Shown here: positions 1-10,000 of the stretch, in pieces
Numbering within the stretch: the stretch's first letter is position 1
Layout: the number at the start of each line of letters is the position of its first letter
Source of the DNA: Acinetobacter phage AM24
Strand: one strand, 5' to 3'
Length of the DNA: 64,000 bases
Sequence record: KY000079.2
Notes under the pieces: model-generated
The model's input: only the letters and a program-made list of their open reading frames with translations
Database searches by the model: none
Told to the model about the DNA's origin: nothing
Made by a program: the position numbers and the translations under genes

Positions 1-387
1 GCTGAACAGGCTGATACACACCAACAAGCACTTCAAGCATTACAAGCTGACTTAGCACAAAAAGAAGTTGACTTACAAGCTTTAACTGAACGTGCACAAC
101 TAGCTGAACAAAGTTTAATTGATCTAAAACATGAAACTTTAATGGCTGACCGCAGAGAAAAACTTGAGAAAGTTCTTGCAGTTGACCAAGTAGAAGGTGC
201 AATGCAACTGGCTGCTACATTTAGTGATGAGCAATTCGAAGCTTATCATGCAACACTTTCAAGTGTTTACCAAAAATCAAAAGACAGTCTTAAAGAGAAG
301 GGTACAAAGGCAAATGATGAAGAGCCTACCAAAGATTATTCTTCTATTTTAGGTGCTGCAATTCAAAAACACAATCAATCTCGATAA
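1..387 (+). CDS. Scaffolding-like protein, C-terminal fragment (ORF enters the window from upstream)
   Basis: Frame 1 is open from position 1 and is in frame with the 142..387 ORF. The product is heptad-like and Ala/Gln/Leu-rich (AEQADTHQQALQALQADLAQKEVDLQAL...), typical of a coiled-coil scaffold lying just upstream of a capsid gene. Confidence 0.4.
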   Translation, partial: AEQADTHQQALQALQADLAQKEVDLQALTERAQLAEQSLIDLKHETLMADRREKLEKVLAVDQVEGAMQLAATFSDEQFEAYHATLSSVYQKSKDSLKEKGTKANDEEPTKDYSSILGAAIQKHNQSR

Positions 388-405
388 TTAGAGGAAGTTC
401 AACAT

Positions 406-870
406 ATGGCAACTTTAGATTTAAATGCATTGTTTAATCTTGGTCACACCGAGTTTTCTGATGTTTTCCAGACTGAAGCTGGTACAACTATTGGTTATGT
501 TCGTAAGAACATCACAGTAACAGGTACGGCTGGTACAACTTTACAAATCGGTCACATCTTACAAGATAATGGAGATGGTACTGCCACAATCCCTGCAACT
601 ACAGCTTCAATTACAAACCCTGTAATTTACTGTGGTGATGACCCTTACAAACAACAAGCTGATGGTAAGCGTGACTGGAATTCAAATACAACTGTATTCA
701 CAGCAGATAACCTTACACAAGATGTTGTAGTTGTTTATCGTGGTCGTGTTGGTGTAGGTACATCTTACCTAGTATTCCCTGCCGATGTAACTCCAACTAC
801 TCGTGCAGCAGTTTACAAAGCTCTTGACGACAAAGGCTTCAAGATCATCAGACAAATCGCTAAATACTAA
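406..870 (+). CDS. Capsid-associated protein, possibly a decoration or Ig-like protein
   Basis: RBS GAGGAAG precedes the ATG. The protein is Thr/Gly/Val-rich and beta-like, and sits between the scaffold and the putative major capsid gene. Confidence 0.3.
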   Translation: MATLDLNALFNLGHTEFSDVFQTEAGTTIGYVRKNITVTGTAGTTLQIGHILQDNGDGTATIPATTASITNPVIYCGDDPYKQQADGKRDWNSNTTVFTADNLTQDVVVVYRGRVGVGTSYLVFPADVTPTTRAAVYKALDDKGFKIIRQIAKY

Positions 871-975
871 TTTTAAGATATTTACGAAAAATAGTCAAAA
901 GGAATTGATGGTGGGTGGGATGAATTTGTTTCGCCACTCATCCCATAACACTTTCAAATATGAGGAATTTATAAT

Positions 976-2046
976 ATGCCAACTATTCGCAATCCATTAG
1001 ATTTCAGCACTACTCTTGATCTTACTGATGCTATTAATGAGATCGTACCAGAGTATGGTGCTTTTAACAACTCTGGATTATTTAATAAACGTGGTACAAC
1101 TCAGGAAGCTGTACTTTACGAAATCAACCAAGGCGCTCGTAGCTCAATGGTTGGTACAACTTCTCGTAGAGAACGTAACACTGTTAAAGACGCTCGTGGG
1201 CGTGTTAAACAACAAGCTCTCTACATTCCTTACATCAAACACAGCGCACAAATCGCTCGTGAAGATGTAGCGTATGTTGTACGTGACTGGAAAGAGCTTA
1301 CTGTTGAATCAGTAACAGAGTTATACGTAGACAAGCTTGCAAGCTTACGTAGAAACTTAGAGCAATCTCATGAATATATGGCTGTAACAGCTACACAAGG
1401 TATCACTCGTGATCCTCTAGATGGTTCTGTGATTGTTGACATGTTCGCTATCAATGGCGTTACACAAACAGTTCATACTTGGAACTTCACTGACCCTAAC
1501 TTCGACCTTATTGGTGCGATTCGTAAGTTAAAAACTGACTTAACTCGTGCTAACCTTTGGGGTGGTGTGATTCAGTCAGTGGACGTACCAGTAGGTGAAG
1601 CGTTGTTTAATGCTATCGTAACACACCCTCAATTAGCTGAACTTTATGTTCTTGCTATGACTGGTCGTGGTCAAGAGGCAATCAACAACTCTCGTCCTTG
1701 GGCGACAGAAACAATGACTCGTTACGGTATTGCTTCTACGTTTACATTTGATGGTGTACGTTTCATGACTTACCCTTCAACATTCCGTACAGAGCAAGGT
1801 GACTTGATTGAACCTATCGCTAATAACGAAGGTCACACAATTGTACGTGGTTTATCTGGTATGTATGAAGCTCGCTTCGCTCCAGACAACAACCTTGATA
1901 CAATTGGTCAAGTAGGTCAAGAGATTTTCGCATGGCGTACTCCATTGATCGAACGTCACCACTTCGAAATCATCACTGAAACAAGCCCAATCTACTTCGC
2001 TACACATCCTGAATTAATCTTCAAGATCGTAGGTACATTGGCTTAA
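976..2046 (+). CDS. Putative major capsid protein
   Basis: RBS GAGGAA. The 356-aa size fits an HK97-fold capsid protein. It sits after the scaffold and is followed by a hairpin, as expected for a highly expressed late gene. Confidence 0.45.
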   Translation: MPTIRNPLDFSTTLDLTDAINEIVPEYGAFNNSGLFNKRGTTQEAVLYEINQGARSSMVGTTSRRERNTVKDARGRVKQQALYIPYIKHSAQIAREDVAYVVRDWKELTVESVTELYVDKLASLRRNLEQSHEYMAVTATQGITRDPLDGSVIVDMFAINGVTQTVHTWNFTDPNFDLIGAIRKLKTDLTRANLWGGVIQSVDVPVGEALFNAIVTHPQLAELYVLAMTGRGQEAINNSRPWATETMTRYGIASTFTFDGVRFMTYPSTFRTEQGDLIEPIANNEGHTIVRGLSGMYEARFAPDNNLDTIGQVGQEIFAWRTPLIERHHFEIITETSPIYFATHPELIFKIVGTLA

Positions 2047-2066
2047 TCAGTCAAATGAATAACCTT

Positions 2067-2092
2067 CTAGGCTATCTTTCTAGGTAGCCTAG
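2067..2092 (+). terminator. Hairpin after the capsid gene (CTAGGCTA...TAGCCTAG) with only a weak T tract
   Basis: An 8-bp perfect inverted repeat is seen in the sequence, but no clear U-run follows. Confidence 0.3.
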
Positions 2093-2163
2093 ATAACTTT
2101 ATCTAAAGGCATTTCATAAGGTTTAGAGATGTTTTTACATAAAGTTATTTCTAGGAGAATGTA

Positions 2164-2712
2164 ATGACATTTACATATACAGGCGATCCATCAAACAACA
2201 AAATCGATGAGCTTAGATTACTCTTAGGTGACTTAGATGAAAGACAACCAATCTACCAAGATGAAGAGCTTCAATACTTTTTAGATCAAGCTGATGGTAA
2301 CGTGAAGGTAGCCTTCTACTTAGCTATTGGTGCTATGATTCCAAAGTTTACCCGAATGGCTAGAGAAAGGGCTGGACAAATCGAAGTCTATGCTGGTGAT
2401 TACTTCAACCACTACTTACAGTGGATTAAGATGTTAATGAAGCCAACTTCACCATCATTCCAGTTAAGAGAAGATGCTCTTTTCTATGGTGGTATTGAGA
2501 AGGCTCAGTCACAGCAATACTTCCTAGACCCTTCTATTGTTGCACAACCATTCTATAGAGGACAATTCTTCAGAATGCCAACTATGATGGGATATCGTAG
2601 ATTAACCCCTACGGGATTCGCTGAAGTTGATGAAAGTGGAAGACTTTTAGGTTTTGTGAGAGATGTAGCACTACCAGCAGTTATTGATGATTCTGATGTG
2701 CCAAATCCTTAA
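2164..2712 (+). CDS. Head-tail connector or adaptor-like structural protein
   Basis: RBS AGGAGA. Assigned by its position in the late operon. Confidence 0.3.
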   Translation: MTFTYTGDPSNNKIDELRLLLGDLDERQPIYQDEELQYFLDQADGNVKVAFYLAIGAMIPKFTRMARERAGQIEVYAGDYFNHYLQWIKMLMKPTSPSFQLREDALFYGGIEKAQSQQYFLDPSIVAQPFYRGQFFRMPTMMGYRRLTPTGFAEVDESGRLLGFVRDVALPAVIDDSDVPNP

Positions 2713-2721
2713 GGAGTAAGT

Positions 2722-3327
2722 ATGGCTAGGGGTGGATTACCTGAATGGCAAAAGGCCAGATACAGAACAACATATGCTGGAAAGAAAGCCTATACGGTTA
2801 GACATAAGAACCTAACCATGCATGTGAATACTGAAAAGTTAGAAGCCTTGAAAGGTGAACTTGTTAACCTATCTCTTCAACATGTACGTTACGGTATTGT
2901 GGATGATAATAGATATCCTACAAGTGACCCTAGAGGTAGAGGTGGGATGTATGTAGCAACCATTTGGAAGCGTCTTGAGTTTGGTTCAGTAGATGAGATC
3001 AATGGTAAAGCCAGAGTTATTCCACCACGACCAACATTTACACAACATGTGCACACTGGTGGTAAAGGTACAGCAAAACTTGTAATGATGGATATCATGC
3101 ACGATGTCTTTACAGGTAAATCTGTTAGGGATAAAGCATGGGTGAAGTTAGGTTTAGCAATGCAATCTCGTCTTAAATTTGATGTAATGACTCAGAAAGG
3201 TTTTGTTCCATTGAAGTTACCTAGTTGGTCCGATAGATCCCCAACAGACTTCTATAATGATACAGGTCATTTAATTAGAAGTATTTCTTATCGAATTATG
3301 CCTATAGGTTTAGATTTTAGCAAGTGA
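2722..3327 (+). CDS. Structural protein (head completion or neck)
   Basis: RBS AAGGAG. Assigned by position only. Confidence 0.3.
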   Translation: MARGGLPEWQKARYRTTYAGKKAYTVRHKNLTMHVNTEKLEALKGELVNLSLQHVRYGIVDDNRYPTSDPRGRGGMYVATIWKRLEFGSVDEINGKARVIPPRPTFTQHVHTGGKGTAKLVMMDIMHDVFTGKSVRDKAWVKLGLAMQSRLKFDVMTQKGFVPLKLPSWSDRSPTDFYNDTGHLIRSISYRIMPIGLDFSK

Positions 3328-3345
3328 TTTAGTGGAGATTAAAAT

Positions 3346-3756
3346 ATGGAAATTATGCCACTATCATCACCTACAGGGCGTGTCAATTTAAAAGTATTGA
3401 GACATGTTGGTGGGTATTACGATGAAGATGGGATGTGGGTTGGTGGTCAATATCAAGAGATTTCTGTTATTGCCAATGTTCAACCAGCTAACAGATGGAA
3501 CGTACAACAACAATTAAAAGAAGGGGACAGACAGAAAGATACAATCTTAGTTCTCTGTTACGACAATCTTGTCAAGGCAGATGATAGGGCTGATCCTTCA
3601 GGGAATCCTCAAGTTAAAACCAAAGCTGATATTGTTGTCTGGAAAGATAAATACTATGAGGTAAAAACAGCAGAACCTTATGAAATGGGTGTGCTCAATC
3701 ACTGTGAATGTATTTGTGTAAGGCTAGATGATGAATCACCATTTATTGGAGGTTAA
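3346..3756 (+). CDS. Structural protein (head-tail joining)
   Basis: RBS GGAG. Assigned by position only. Confidence 0.3.
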   Translation: MEIMPLSSPTGRVNLKVLRHVGGYYDEDGMWVGGQYQEISVIANVQPANRWNVQQQLKEGDRQKDTILVLCYDNLVKADDRADPSGNPQVKTKADIVVWKDKYYEVKTAEPYEMGVLNHCECICVRLDDESPFIGG

Positions 3757-3758
3757 TC

Positions 3759-4325
3759 ATGCAAGACAGAAGACAATTCTCAAGAGCATTTAGAGAGTTG
3801 ATGCCAGATGTACAGTTCTACTGGTCTGGACAAGAAGGTGTAAAACTAACTCCCCCAATGGTTCTATTTGATGTTTTAGCCGATGAAATTGTTGGTATGG
3901 GTGAAAAACCAACCTCAACCGCACCAAGAGATGTAGCTGGTGATACTGACTATGTTGGACGTTATGGGGAAACTAGAGAGGTAGTCGTTCGGGTTTCCTT
4001 TATAGGTAAATTTACTGATAGCACATATGCTAATTCCAGAAAGTTTATGGCAATCGTAAAAAGTTTTCAAGGAAGAAGTGCATTTTACCGACAGGGATTG
4101 TCTTTAGCAGGTGTCTCTCCGATGAGGCCAGTTGATGTTTCTACAGAGACTACAGCCTATACAAACAACTATGTGGATCTTACCCTTAGATATAAATCAA
4201 TCTTTGAATTTAATTTAGAGCCTATTGAAGAAGTAGAAGTGAGCCATGTTCTCACTATTGACGAAGATTTAGGGACTCCAGAACCTGACTACACAATAAC
4301 AGGTACAAACACTATCACCAGATAA
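3759..4325 (+). CDS. Tail completion or tail terminator-like protein
   Basis: RBS GGAGG. Lies immediately upstream of the sheath-like gene. Confidence 0.3.
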   Translation: MQDRRQFSRAFRELMPDVQFYWSGQEGVKLTPPMVLFDVLADEIVGMGEKPTSTAPRDVAGDTDYVGRYGETREVVVRVSFIGKFTDSTYANSRKFMAIVKSFQGRSAFYRQGLSLAGVSPMRPVDVSTETTAYTNNYVDLTLRYKSIFEFNLEPIEEVEVSHVLTIDEDLGTPEPDYTITGTNTITR

Positions 4326-4338
4326 AAGAGGAAGAAAA

Positions 4339-5367
4339 ATGGCTTCAAAACTTTCTGAAGTAGTGAATGTTGTTATTAGAAGAGAGACTAGTTTCATCCG
4401 TGAAGCTGATTTAAACACAATGGCTATTGTCTCAAATAACACAACATTTACAGATGCATACCGCATCTACACTAATATTGATCAAATTTTAGATGATGGC
4501 TTTGATACAGATTCTTATGTTTATAAAGCAGCAGCAATGGCTTTTGGACAAGAAATTAAACCAGCTAAGATTGTTGTTACAGGTGGTGCTGTTGCAACTG
4601 GCGAGTATGTTACAAAGCTTACAAGTACATTAAGTGCATATAACCAATTTTTATACGTTGTCACAGATGCTACAGCAGATGCAGATATTCTTGCAATTGC
4701 AGCTTATGTGGAAACACAAGAGTTATTTTATGGAGTTACTATGACTGATATTACAGCACAAGGCAACTTGATGACTCAGCTAAAAACTCTTGGCTACGAT
4801 CGTACACTTGTTTTATTCAATGAAAATACTACAGGAACTATCCCAGAAGCTGGATGGATTGCTAGATTTGGTTCTGAGCAAGCTGGAAGTATCACTTGGG
4901 TTCTTAAACCAGTTAAAGGTCTTTTACCATCAAAACTTTCTGAAACACAGAAAACATTCTTAGAGACCAACAACGTTTCATGGCTAGACAGTTATGAAAA
5001 CGATGCGGTTATCTCTAATCGTGGTGGTAAGGTTGCTTCTGGTGAGTGGATTGATGTAATGCTTGGGGTTCAGTGGATTATCACTCGCTTGAGAGAAGCA
5101 GTTTACAACGTTCTAAGAAACCAACGTAAAGTAGGTATGAGTAATGAAGGGGTTGCTTTAATTGAGGCACCGATTCGTAGAGTTTTAGAACAAGCTATCC
5201 TGTTTGGTATCTTGGCAAGAGAACCACAATATTCTCTTATCATGCCTGATGTTCTAGCATTGACACCAGCAGAACGTAACTCTCGTAAACTTAAAGGCAT
5301 CACTTTCAGAGCTAGACTTGAAGGTGCTATTCACTATGTTGACATTGAAGGTACTGTTTACCCTTAA
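4339..5367 (+). CDS. Putative tail sheath protein (short type)
   Basis: A 342-aa gene directly upstream of the tube-like paralogs and a P2/Mu-like baseplate. The assignment is by gene order. Confidence 0.4.
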   Translation: MASKLSEVVNVVIRRETSFIREADLNTMAIVSNNTTFTDAYRIYTNIDQILDDGFDTDSYVYKAAAMAFGQEIKPAKIVVTGGAVATGEYVTKLTSTLSAYNQFLYVVTDATADADILAIAAYVETQELFYGVTMTDITAQGNLMTQLKTLGYDRTLVLFNENTTGTIPEAGWIARFGSEQAGSITWVLKPVKGLLPSKLSETQKTFLETNNVSWLDSYENDAVISNRGGKVASGEWIDVMLGVQWIITRLREAVYNVLRNQRKVGMSNEGVALIEAPIRRVLEQAILFGILAREPQYSLIMPDVLALTPAERNSRKLKGITFRARLEGAIHYVDIEGTVYP

Positions 5368-5404
5368 TCTGAGGGTAAACTTACTTAAAATAAGGAGAGT
5401 TTAG

Positions 5405-5932
5405 ATGGCTGAACAAAACTTAGGTACATACAGTGCTGAAGAAGTTCAAGTAATTTTAGAGCAAGAAAGTACAGGTCTAGTTTATAGGGTTGTAGGTTTC
5501 ATGGAAGATTCTATGGTTACTATAACACCTTCAGTAGATACATACACACCATACAATGGTGCAGATAATACTGGTGCCCGTATTCACAATGGTAACAGAA
5601 GTGCAAACGTGGTTTTATCTCTACAACAAACTTCACCTTCGAACGATGTCTTAACAAGACTACTTCAAAAGGATGTTCGTTCACGTAGAAATGAAGGTCT
5701 CTTCTCAGTAATGATTAAGGATGCTTCTGGACGTACTGTTGCGACAGCACGACAAGCATACATTACAAGACTACCAGAAATCACTTACACAAACAACATG
5801 TCAGTGCGTGAATGGAATATTTATGCATACAACTCAGAAATCTTCGTTGGTGGTAACGCTATGTTAGAACCAGAAGTTGTAGATGCTTTAACAACACTTG
5901 AAGCGCCTATCGACAACACTTGGGTTGACTAA
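5405..5932 (+). CDS. Tail tube-like protein, paralog 1
   Basis: RBS AAGGAGAG. Shares the motif LSLQQTSPSNDVLTRLL with the next two genes. A strong terminator follows. Confidence 0.45.
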   Translation: MAEQNLGTYSAEEVQVILEQESTGLVYRVVGFMEDSMVTITPSVDTYTPYNGADNTGARIHNGNRSANVVLSLQQTSPSNDVLTRLLQKDVRSRRNEGLFSVMIKDASGRTVATARQAYITRLPEITYTNNMSVREWNIYAYNSEIFVGGNAMLEPEVVDALTTLEAPIDNTWVD

Positions 5933-5937
5933 TGCTT

Positions 5938-5975
5938 GGGAGGGTTGGGTTTTCCTTCCCTCCCTTTTTGTTTCT
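5938..5975 (+). terminator. Rho-independent terminator
   Basis: Stem GGGAGGG...CCCTCCC followed by TTTTTGTTT. Confidence 0.6.
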
Positions 5976-5988
5976 TTGAGAGGATATT

Positions 5989-6555
5989 ATGATCAATGAA
6001 TTGATGTATTACTCACCAATGGATGTGCAATTCACCATTCTTGGAAAAACTATTTCAGGTTATGCTGAAGACAACTTCATTGTGATTGAGCCTCAAAATG
6101 ACACATCAACCATGAAGGATTCTCTTGATGGTAGAGTGCAAATAACACAGAAACCTAATGCAATGTATACTGTAACTCTTTCATTGCAGCAGACATCACC
6201 AGATAACACCTTATTGAGTGCACTACATACAATCTACAAGAGATTTGGTTCAACATTAAAACTTCCATTGATTATTAAAGATCATAATACAGGGACCACA
6301 ATGTATGCAACTGATGTTTTCTTTAGAAGGGAACCTACAGTTACTTTTGGTTCAGGTATGAATGTACTTAACTGGGAGTTTAATGTAAAGAATCCTTCTT
6401 TTGTCATTAGTGGTAACCCTATAGGTGATAATGATGATATTGAAAGAATGATCAACCAAGCTATTCAAATAGCTGGTTATTTAGATATTGACCTATCTTC
6501 AATTTTAGGAACTGTTAATAATCTTTTTGAAGATGTTAGAGACATATTTGTCTAG
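5989..6555 (+). CDS. Tail tube-like protein, paralog 2
   Basis: Carries the motif TLSLQQTSPDNTLLSAL and an N-terminus similar to paralog 1. Confidence 0.4.
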   Translation: MINELMYYSPMDVQFTILGKTISGYAEDNFIVIEPQNDTSTMKDSLDGRVQITQKPNAMYTVTLSLQQTSPDNTLLSALHTIYKRFGSTLKLPLIIKDHNTGTTMYATDVFFRREPTVTFGSGMNVLNWEFNVKNPSFVISGNPIGDNDDIERMINQAIQIAGYLDIDLSSILGTVNNLFEDVRDIFV

Positions 6556-6567
6556 GGAGTGAATTAT

Positions 6568-7173
6568 ATGGCTGATCTTGATTTTGATCAATACATCAAA
6601 GAAAACCCCGACATCTTAGGTCAAACAGTTGATAGAGATTCCTTGCTAGGTCCACAAGCTACAAATACTGTTTTAAAGTCATCAACAAAGGCTTCTGAGA
6701 GCTTTGGTAACTTTGTTAAGCAAACCCAAAGTGTTCTTAACAGTAGAGTTTTTACAACCCTTAAGAGGATTGCTGGAAAGATTATCTCTAATGGTGAGGG
6801 TTCTTATGACCCTTCAAAGCATATCTTTTATGTTGGTGATTTAAAATTAGAGGGTGTTGTTGAATGTAGAATCAACTACCCAGATGTTTTCAAAACTTAC
6901 GAAAGTATGGCAATTGGTGGAAACCCTGTAACCAGAAAAAGAAATGGTGTCATTACTATGGAGATTGTACTGCAAAGAACCTCTCCTAGTTGTAATGCAC
7001 TTAATCAAGCATGGGATATCATGTATAGAACTGGTAGGGGAAAACTTAAAATCCACATTGTCGATAATGGTGGTATTGGCCTAGATGGTGATGCCATTAT
7101 TGTTAAAAAACCAGACAATACAATGGATATTGATGGTGCAGATTTTACATATACCTTTCAATTATTTAGATAA
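6568..7173 (+). CDS. Tail tube-like protein, paralog 3
   Basis: Carries the motif EIVLQRTSPSCNALNQAW. An ATG at 6568 lies 9 nt after GGGAG; a GTG at 6559 is also possible. Confidence 0.4.
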   Translation: MADLDFDQYIKENPDILGQTVDRDSLLGPQATNTVLKSSTKASESFGNFVKQTQSVLNSRVFTTLKRIAGKIISNGEGSYDPSKHIFYVGDLKLEGVVECRINYPDVFKTYESMAIGGNPVTRKRNGVITMEIVLQRTSPSCNALNQAWDIMYRTGRGKLKIHIVDNGGIGLDGDAIIVKKPDNTMDIDGADFTYTFQLFR

Positions 7174-7198
7174 TATCTTTGTTATATAAGGAGTGAAT

Positions 7199-7624
7199 AT
7201 GACACAAGAACTACAACGAGTTGTTACTGTTAACGACAAAGAATACACAATTCAAATCTTCAAGGGTGAAACCTCAATGGTTATCTTCCATGAGTTAAGC
7301 CGTGTAATCATCCCCTTCATTAAGGATTTACAGGATGCCTTCACAACTGAAGATGAAGCAGAAAAAAGTAAAATGATTTTAAGTGCTCTAGAGAAAGTAT
7401 TCACTACAGTGGATTATAACACAGCACTCAAACTCTTAAAAACTCTGGTAAGTCAAGTATATGGTGCCAATGGCCGTGTAATTGTTCCTAATGATGAATT
7501 CGCTAAGAACATTACTTCATGGTACTTGTTAGCTTGGGAAGTTATCTCATTCAACTACGCTGATGTTTTTTCCTTTCTCGGTTCAGGAGAGACAGCAGCA
7601 GACCTGAACCGAGACTTAATCTAA
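7199..7624 (+). CDS. Tail assembly chaperone (gpG/gpE-like)
   Basis: RBS AAGGAG followed by an ATG at 7199. Lies immediately upstream of the tape measure gene. Confidence 0.45.
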   Translation: MTQELQRVVTVNDKEYTIQIFKGETSMVIFHELSRVIIPFIKDLQDAFTTEDEAEKSKMILSALEKVFTTVDYNTALKLLKTLVSQVYGANGRVIVPNDEFAKNITSWYLLAWEVISFNYADVFSFLGSGETAADLNRDLI

Positions 7625-7834
7625 AATTAAGGGCTGAACTTGACAAATTAGATGAAGAGTTCAGCATGCCTCATGAATGGCTGCAAATACTTAGTGCTAA
7701 AAAACCTTTGGTTACCTATATGGAATTAAGGAATATGACATGCTCTGAAGTATACGACATTCTTGAGTTGCAAGATAGTTTAGACCTCTACAGGGATGTT
7801 GCTGAATATATCCAAGAGCAAAATAAAAAATAAT
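7565..7834 (+). other. Candidate -1 frameshift extension of the chaperone (gpGT/E'-like), with slippery site GTTTTTTC at 7565-7572
   Basis: The -1 frame is open from 7564 to the TAA at 7832-7834. A T6 run sits inside the chaperone ORF. The 224-bp gap before the tape measure gene is otherwise non-coding. Confidence 0.3.
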
Positions 7835-7848
7835 TGTGAGGTAATATA

Positions 7849-9963
7849 ATGGAAATTGCTAAGCTGTTTGCCTCTGTCGGCTTCCGAGTTGACACAACAA
7901 ACCTTGAAAAGTTCGAAAGCAAGTTAGGCCAAGTACAGACTAAGTTTGTAGGTTTTAGCCAAACAATTAGTGCTGTTGGTACACAAGCATCCACAGCAAT
8001 TGTCCCTGTAAATAATCTCCTAAAAGCTTTAGATTTCAAAGGAAAAAGCACAGGTATTACACCTTTAGTTACCGCTTTAGGTAAATTATCAACAACCGTG
8101 AACTCAATGAATACTTCTGAGTTCCACTCAAAGATTCAAAAAATTACATTAGCACTAGAAGAATCTAGACCTAGTATATGGAAAAGTAAAAATGCTTGGG
8201 AAGCATACGCTAAAGCTGTAGCAGAAGCAAGGGCTGCCTTAACAGGAAACTGGGGAAGAATGCCTCCTAGCCCAAGAACTGCTGCTAGTAGTGCTGCTGG
8301 GGTAGCTGGAGGTATGGCTTTAGGGTCAACTATGAGAGGAGGTGGTGGTTATGTATCATCACCCCACTACACACCAGCAAGTAGACTTTTAGCCCCTATG
8401 GTTGGCTCTCACTTAGCTTATTTAGGTTCTGGTGGTGTTATGGCTGGGGTTGGTGCTATCTATGCAACTAAAGCCACTCTAGATAGAGCACAAGAGAACG
8501 TAACAGCAGAAAACTTCGTAAAGATGGCCTCTAAAGATGATGCCGAGTTCAAACAAAACCGCGATTGGTTGTGGGAAAGATCACAGTACTATGGTACTGA
8601 CATCAATGCCAACATGGAAGGTTTTGGTAAGATTTATATGAACACCATTGATTCTCTAGGAAGAAAAGCTTCTTTAAATGTTATTGAAGACATTATGAAA
8701 TATAACACTGCTATGCACACCTCTAGGGAAGCTCAGAAGTTTATTAACAAGTCATTGTACCAAATGGCAGGTACAGCCCAAGTAAACGCTCAAGACTATA
8801 ACCAATGGGAAGAACACGTAGCTGGTGGTAACAAAGTGGCTTCTGCTGCTCTTGATATCTTAGCACGACAAGGTAAAGTCCAAAAAGATTGGCGTACATT
8901 AGGTAATGCTAAAAAAGCTATCTCTGAATTAAAACTTGAAGGTAAAGATTTAGTTCCAGCCTTGACACAAGCTATGGCTAATGCTTCTGCTAAAGGTCTT
9001 GAAACTGGTCGTACTGGTTACCAAGCCCAACAAACAAGATTCCAAAACCAAGTGACACAATTTGCTAGGGATCTTGCTGATGGTGGCTTGTTCGATATGG
9101 CTAAGAATTTCTTTAAGTTACTATCAACCATTATGGATGTCATGAAGGCAATGATGCCTGTATGGACTGGTTTAGCTAAGGTTATGGGATTCTTCTTTGA
9201 GAATTTAGCTTCTGGCATTGAAGCCATTAAGGAATTCTTGAAGTATAGCCTAGATTTTATATCATTCTTATACGAAACACGTACTGGTGCTCTTATTGCC
9301 AATGCTGGTATTGCTTTACTTCTTATTGGACTTTGGAGATTCTTCAGTGGCTTCAAGAAGTTTATGACTGCTGTTAAATTATTAATGGCTTCAAACCCAA
9401 TACTATTAGCATTAATGGCAATCATTACTGTTCTAGGTTTCCTATATGGTCAATGGAAAGCACAACAAGAAGGTTTAGATAACTGGTTAGATGTCTTTAC
9501 AGATGTTCTAACAATTGCCAAATATTCATTCTTAGAGTTTGTCTACAATGTACAATCATACTTCTTTATGATGATTTCGTCAATTGTCTCTAAAGGCATG
9601 GAAATCAAAACTTGGTTGTCTGATGTAATTGAAGAAATGAGGGAGATGAGTAAAGTTGATGACTTAATTGTTACTGGTTTTGAGAAAGTTGAAGAGTTGA
9701 GACAAAGAAACAAAAAGAACCGAGAGGAACTTGATGGAGTATTTGAAAAATATGGAATCAACAGAAATAGCTTCTGGTTACCAATGATGAAAATACCACA
9801 ACCACCAACACCATCTCAAAATGCATATGGTAATGGCTTAAGTGGCTTTACTGGTGCTGACTTCAGAATCAAAACTGAAGGTCAATTCACACTGGTTGAC
9901 CAAAAAGGAAAACCTCTGGGTAATGCTGAGAATATTAATTCTCAAGTTGCTTATGGTGTTTAG
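7849..9963 (+). CDS. Tail tape measure protein
   Basis: 704 aa, with a Gly/Ala-rich region, C-terminal hydrophobic helices and a coiled-coil N-terminus. It sits in the canonical position after the chaperone. Confidence 0.75.
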   Translation: MEIAKLFASVGFRVDTTNLEKFESKLGQVQTKFVGFSQTISAVGTQASTAIVPVNNLLKALDFKGKSTGITPLVTALGKLSTTVNSMNTSEFHSKIQKITLALEESRPSIWKSKNAWEAYAKAVAEARAALTGNWGRMPPSPRTAASSAAGVAGGMALGSTMRGGGGYVSSPHYTPASRLLAPMVGSHLAYLGSGGVMAGVGAIYATKATLDRAQENVTAENFVKMASKDDAEFKQNRDWLWERSQYYGTDINANMEGFGKIYMNTIDSLGRKASLNVIEDIMKYNTAMHTSREAQKFINKSLYQMAGTAQVNAQDYNQWEEHVAGGNKVASAALDILARQGKVQKDWRTLGNAKKAISELKLEGKDLVPALTQAMANASAKGLETGRTGYQAQQTRFQNQVTQFARDLADGGLFDMAKNFFKLLSTIMDVMKAMMPVWTGLAKVMGFFFENLASGIEAIKEFLKYSLDFISFLYETRTGALIANAGIALLLIGLWRFFSGFKKFMTAVKLLMASNPILLALMAIITVLGFLYGQWKAQQEGLDNWLDVFTDVLTIAKYSFLEFVYNVQSYFFMMISSIVSKGMEIKTWLSDVIEEMREMSKVDDLIVTGFEKVEELRQRNKKNREELDGVFEKYGINRNSFWLPMMKIPQPPTPSQNAYGNGLSGFTGADFRIKTEGQFTLVDQKGKPLGNAENINSQVAYGV

Positions 9964-10000
9964 GTAGCAGAATACAGGAGAATAAAATGAGGGATCATGA

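Noticed and set aside
803-1270. ORFs 803..1000 and 1016..1270 (+)
   Set aside because: They overlap the well-supported 406..870 and 976..2046 genes in other frames, and have no RBS
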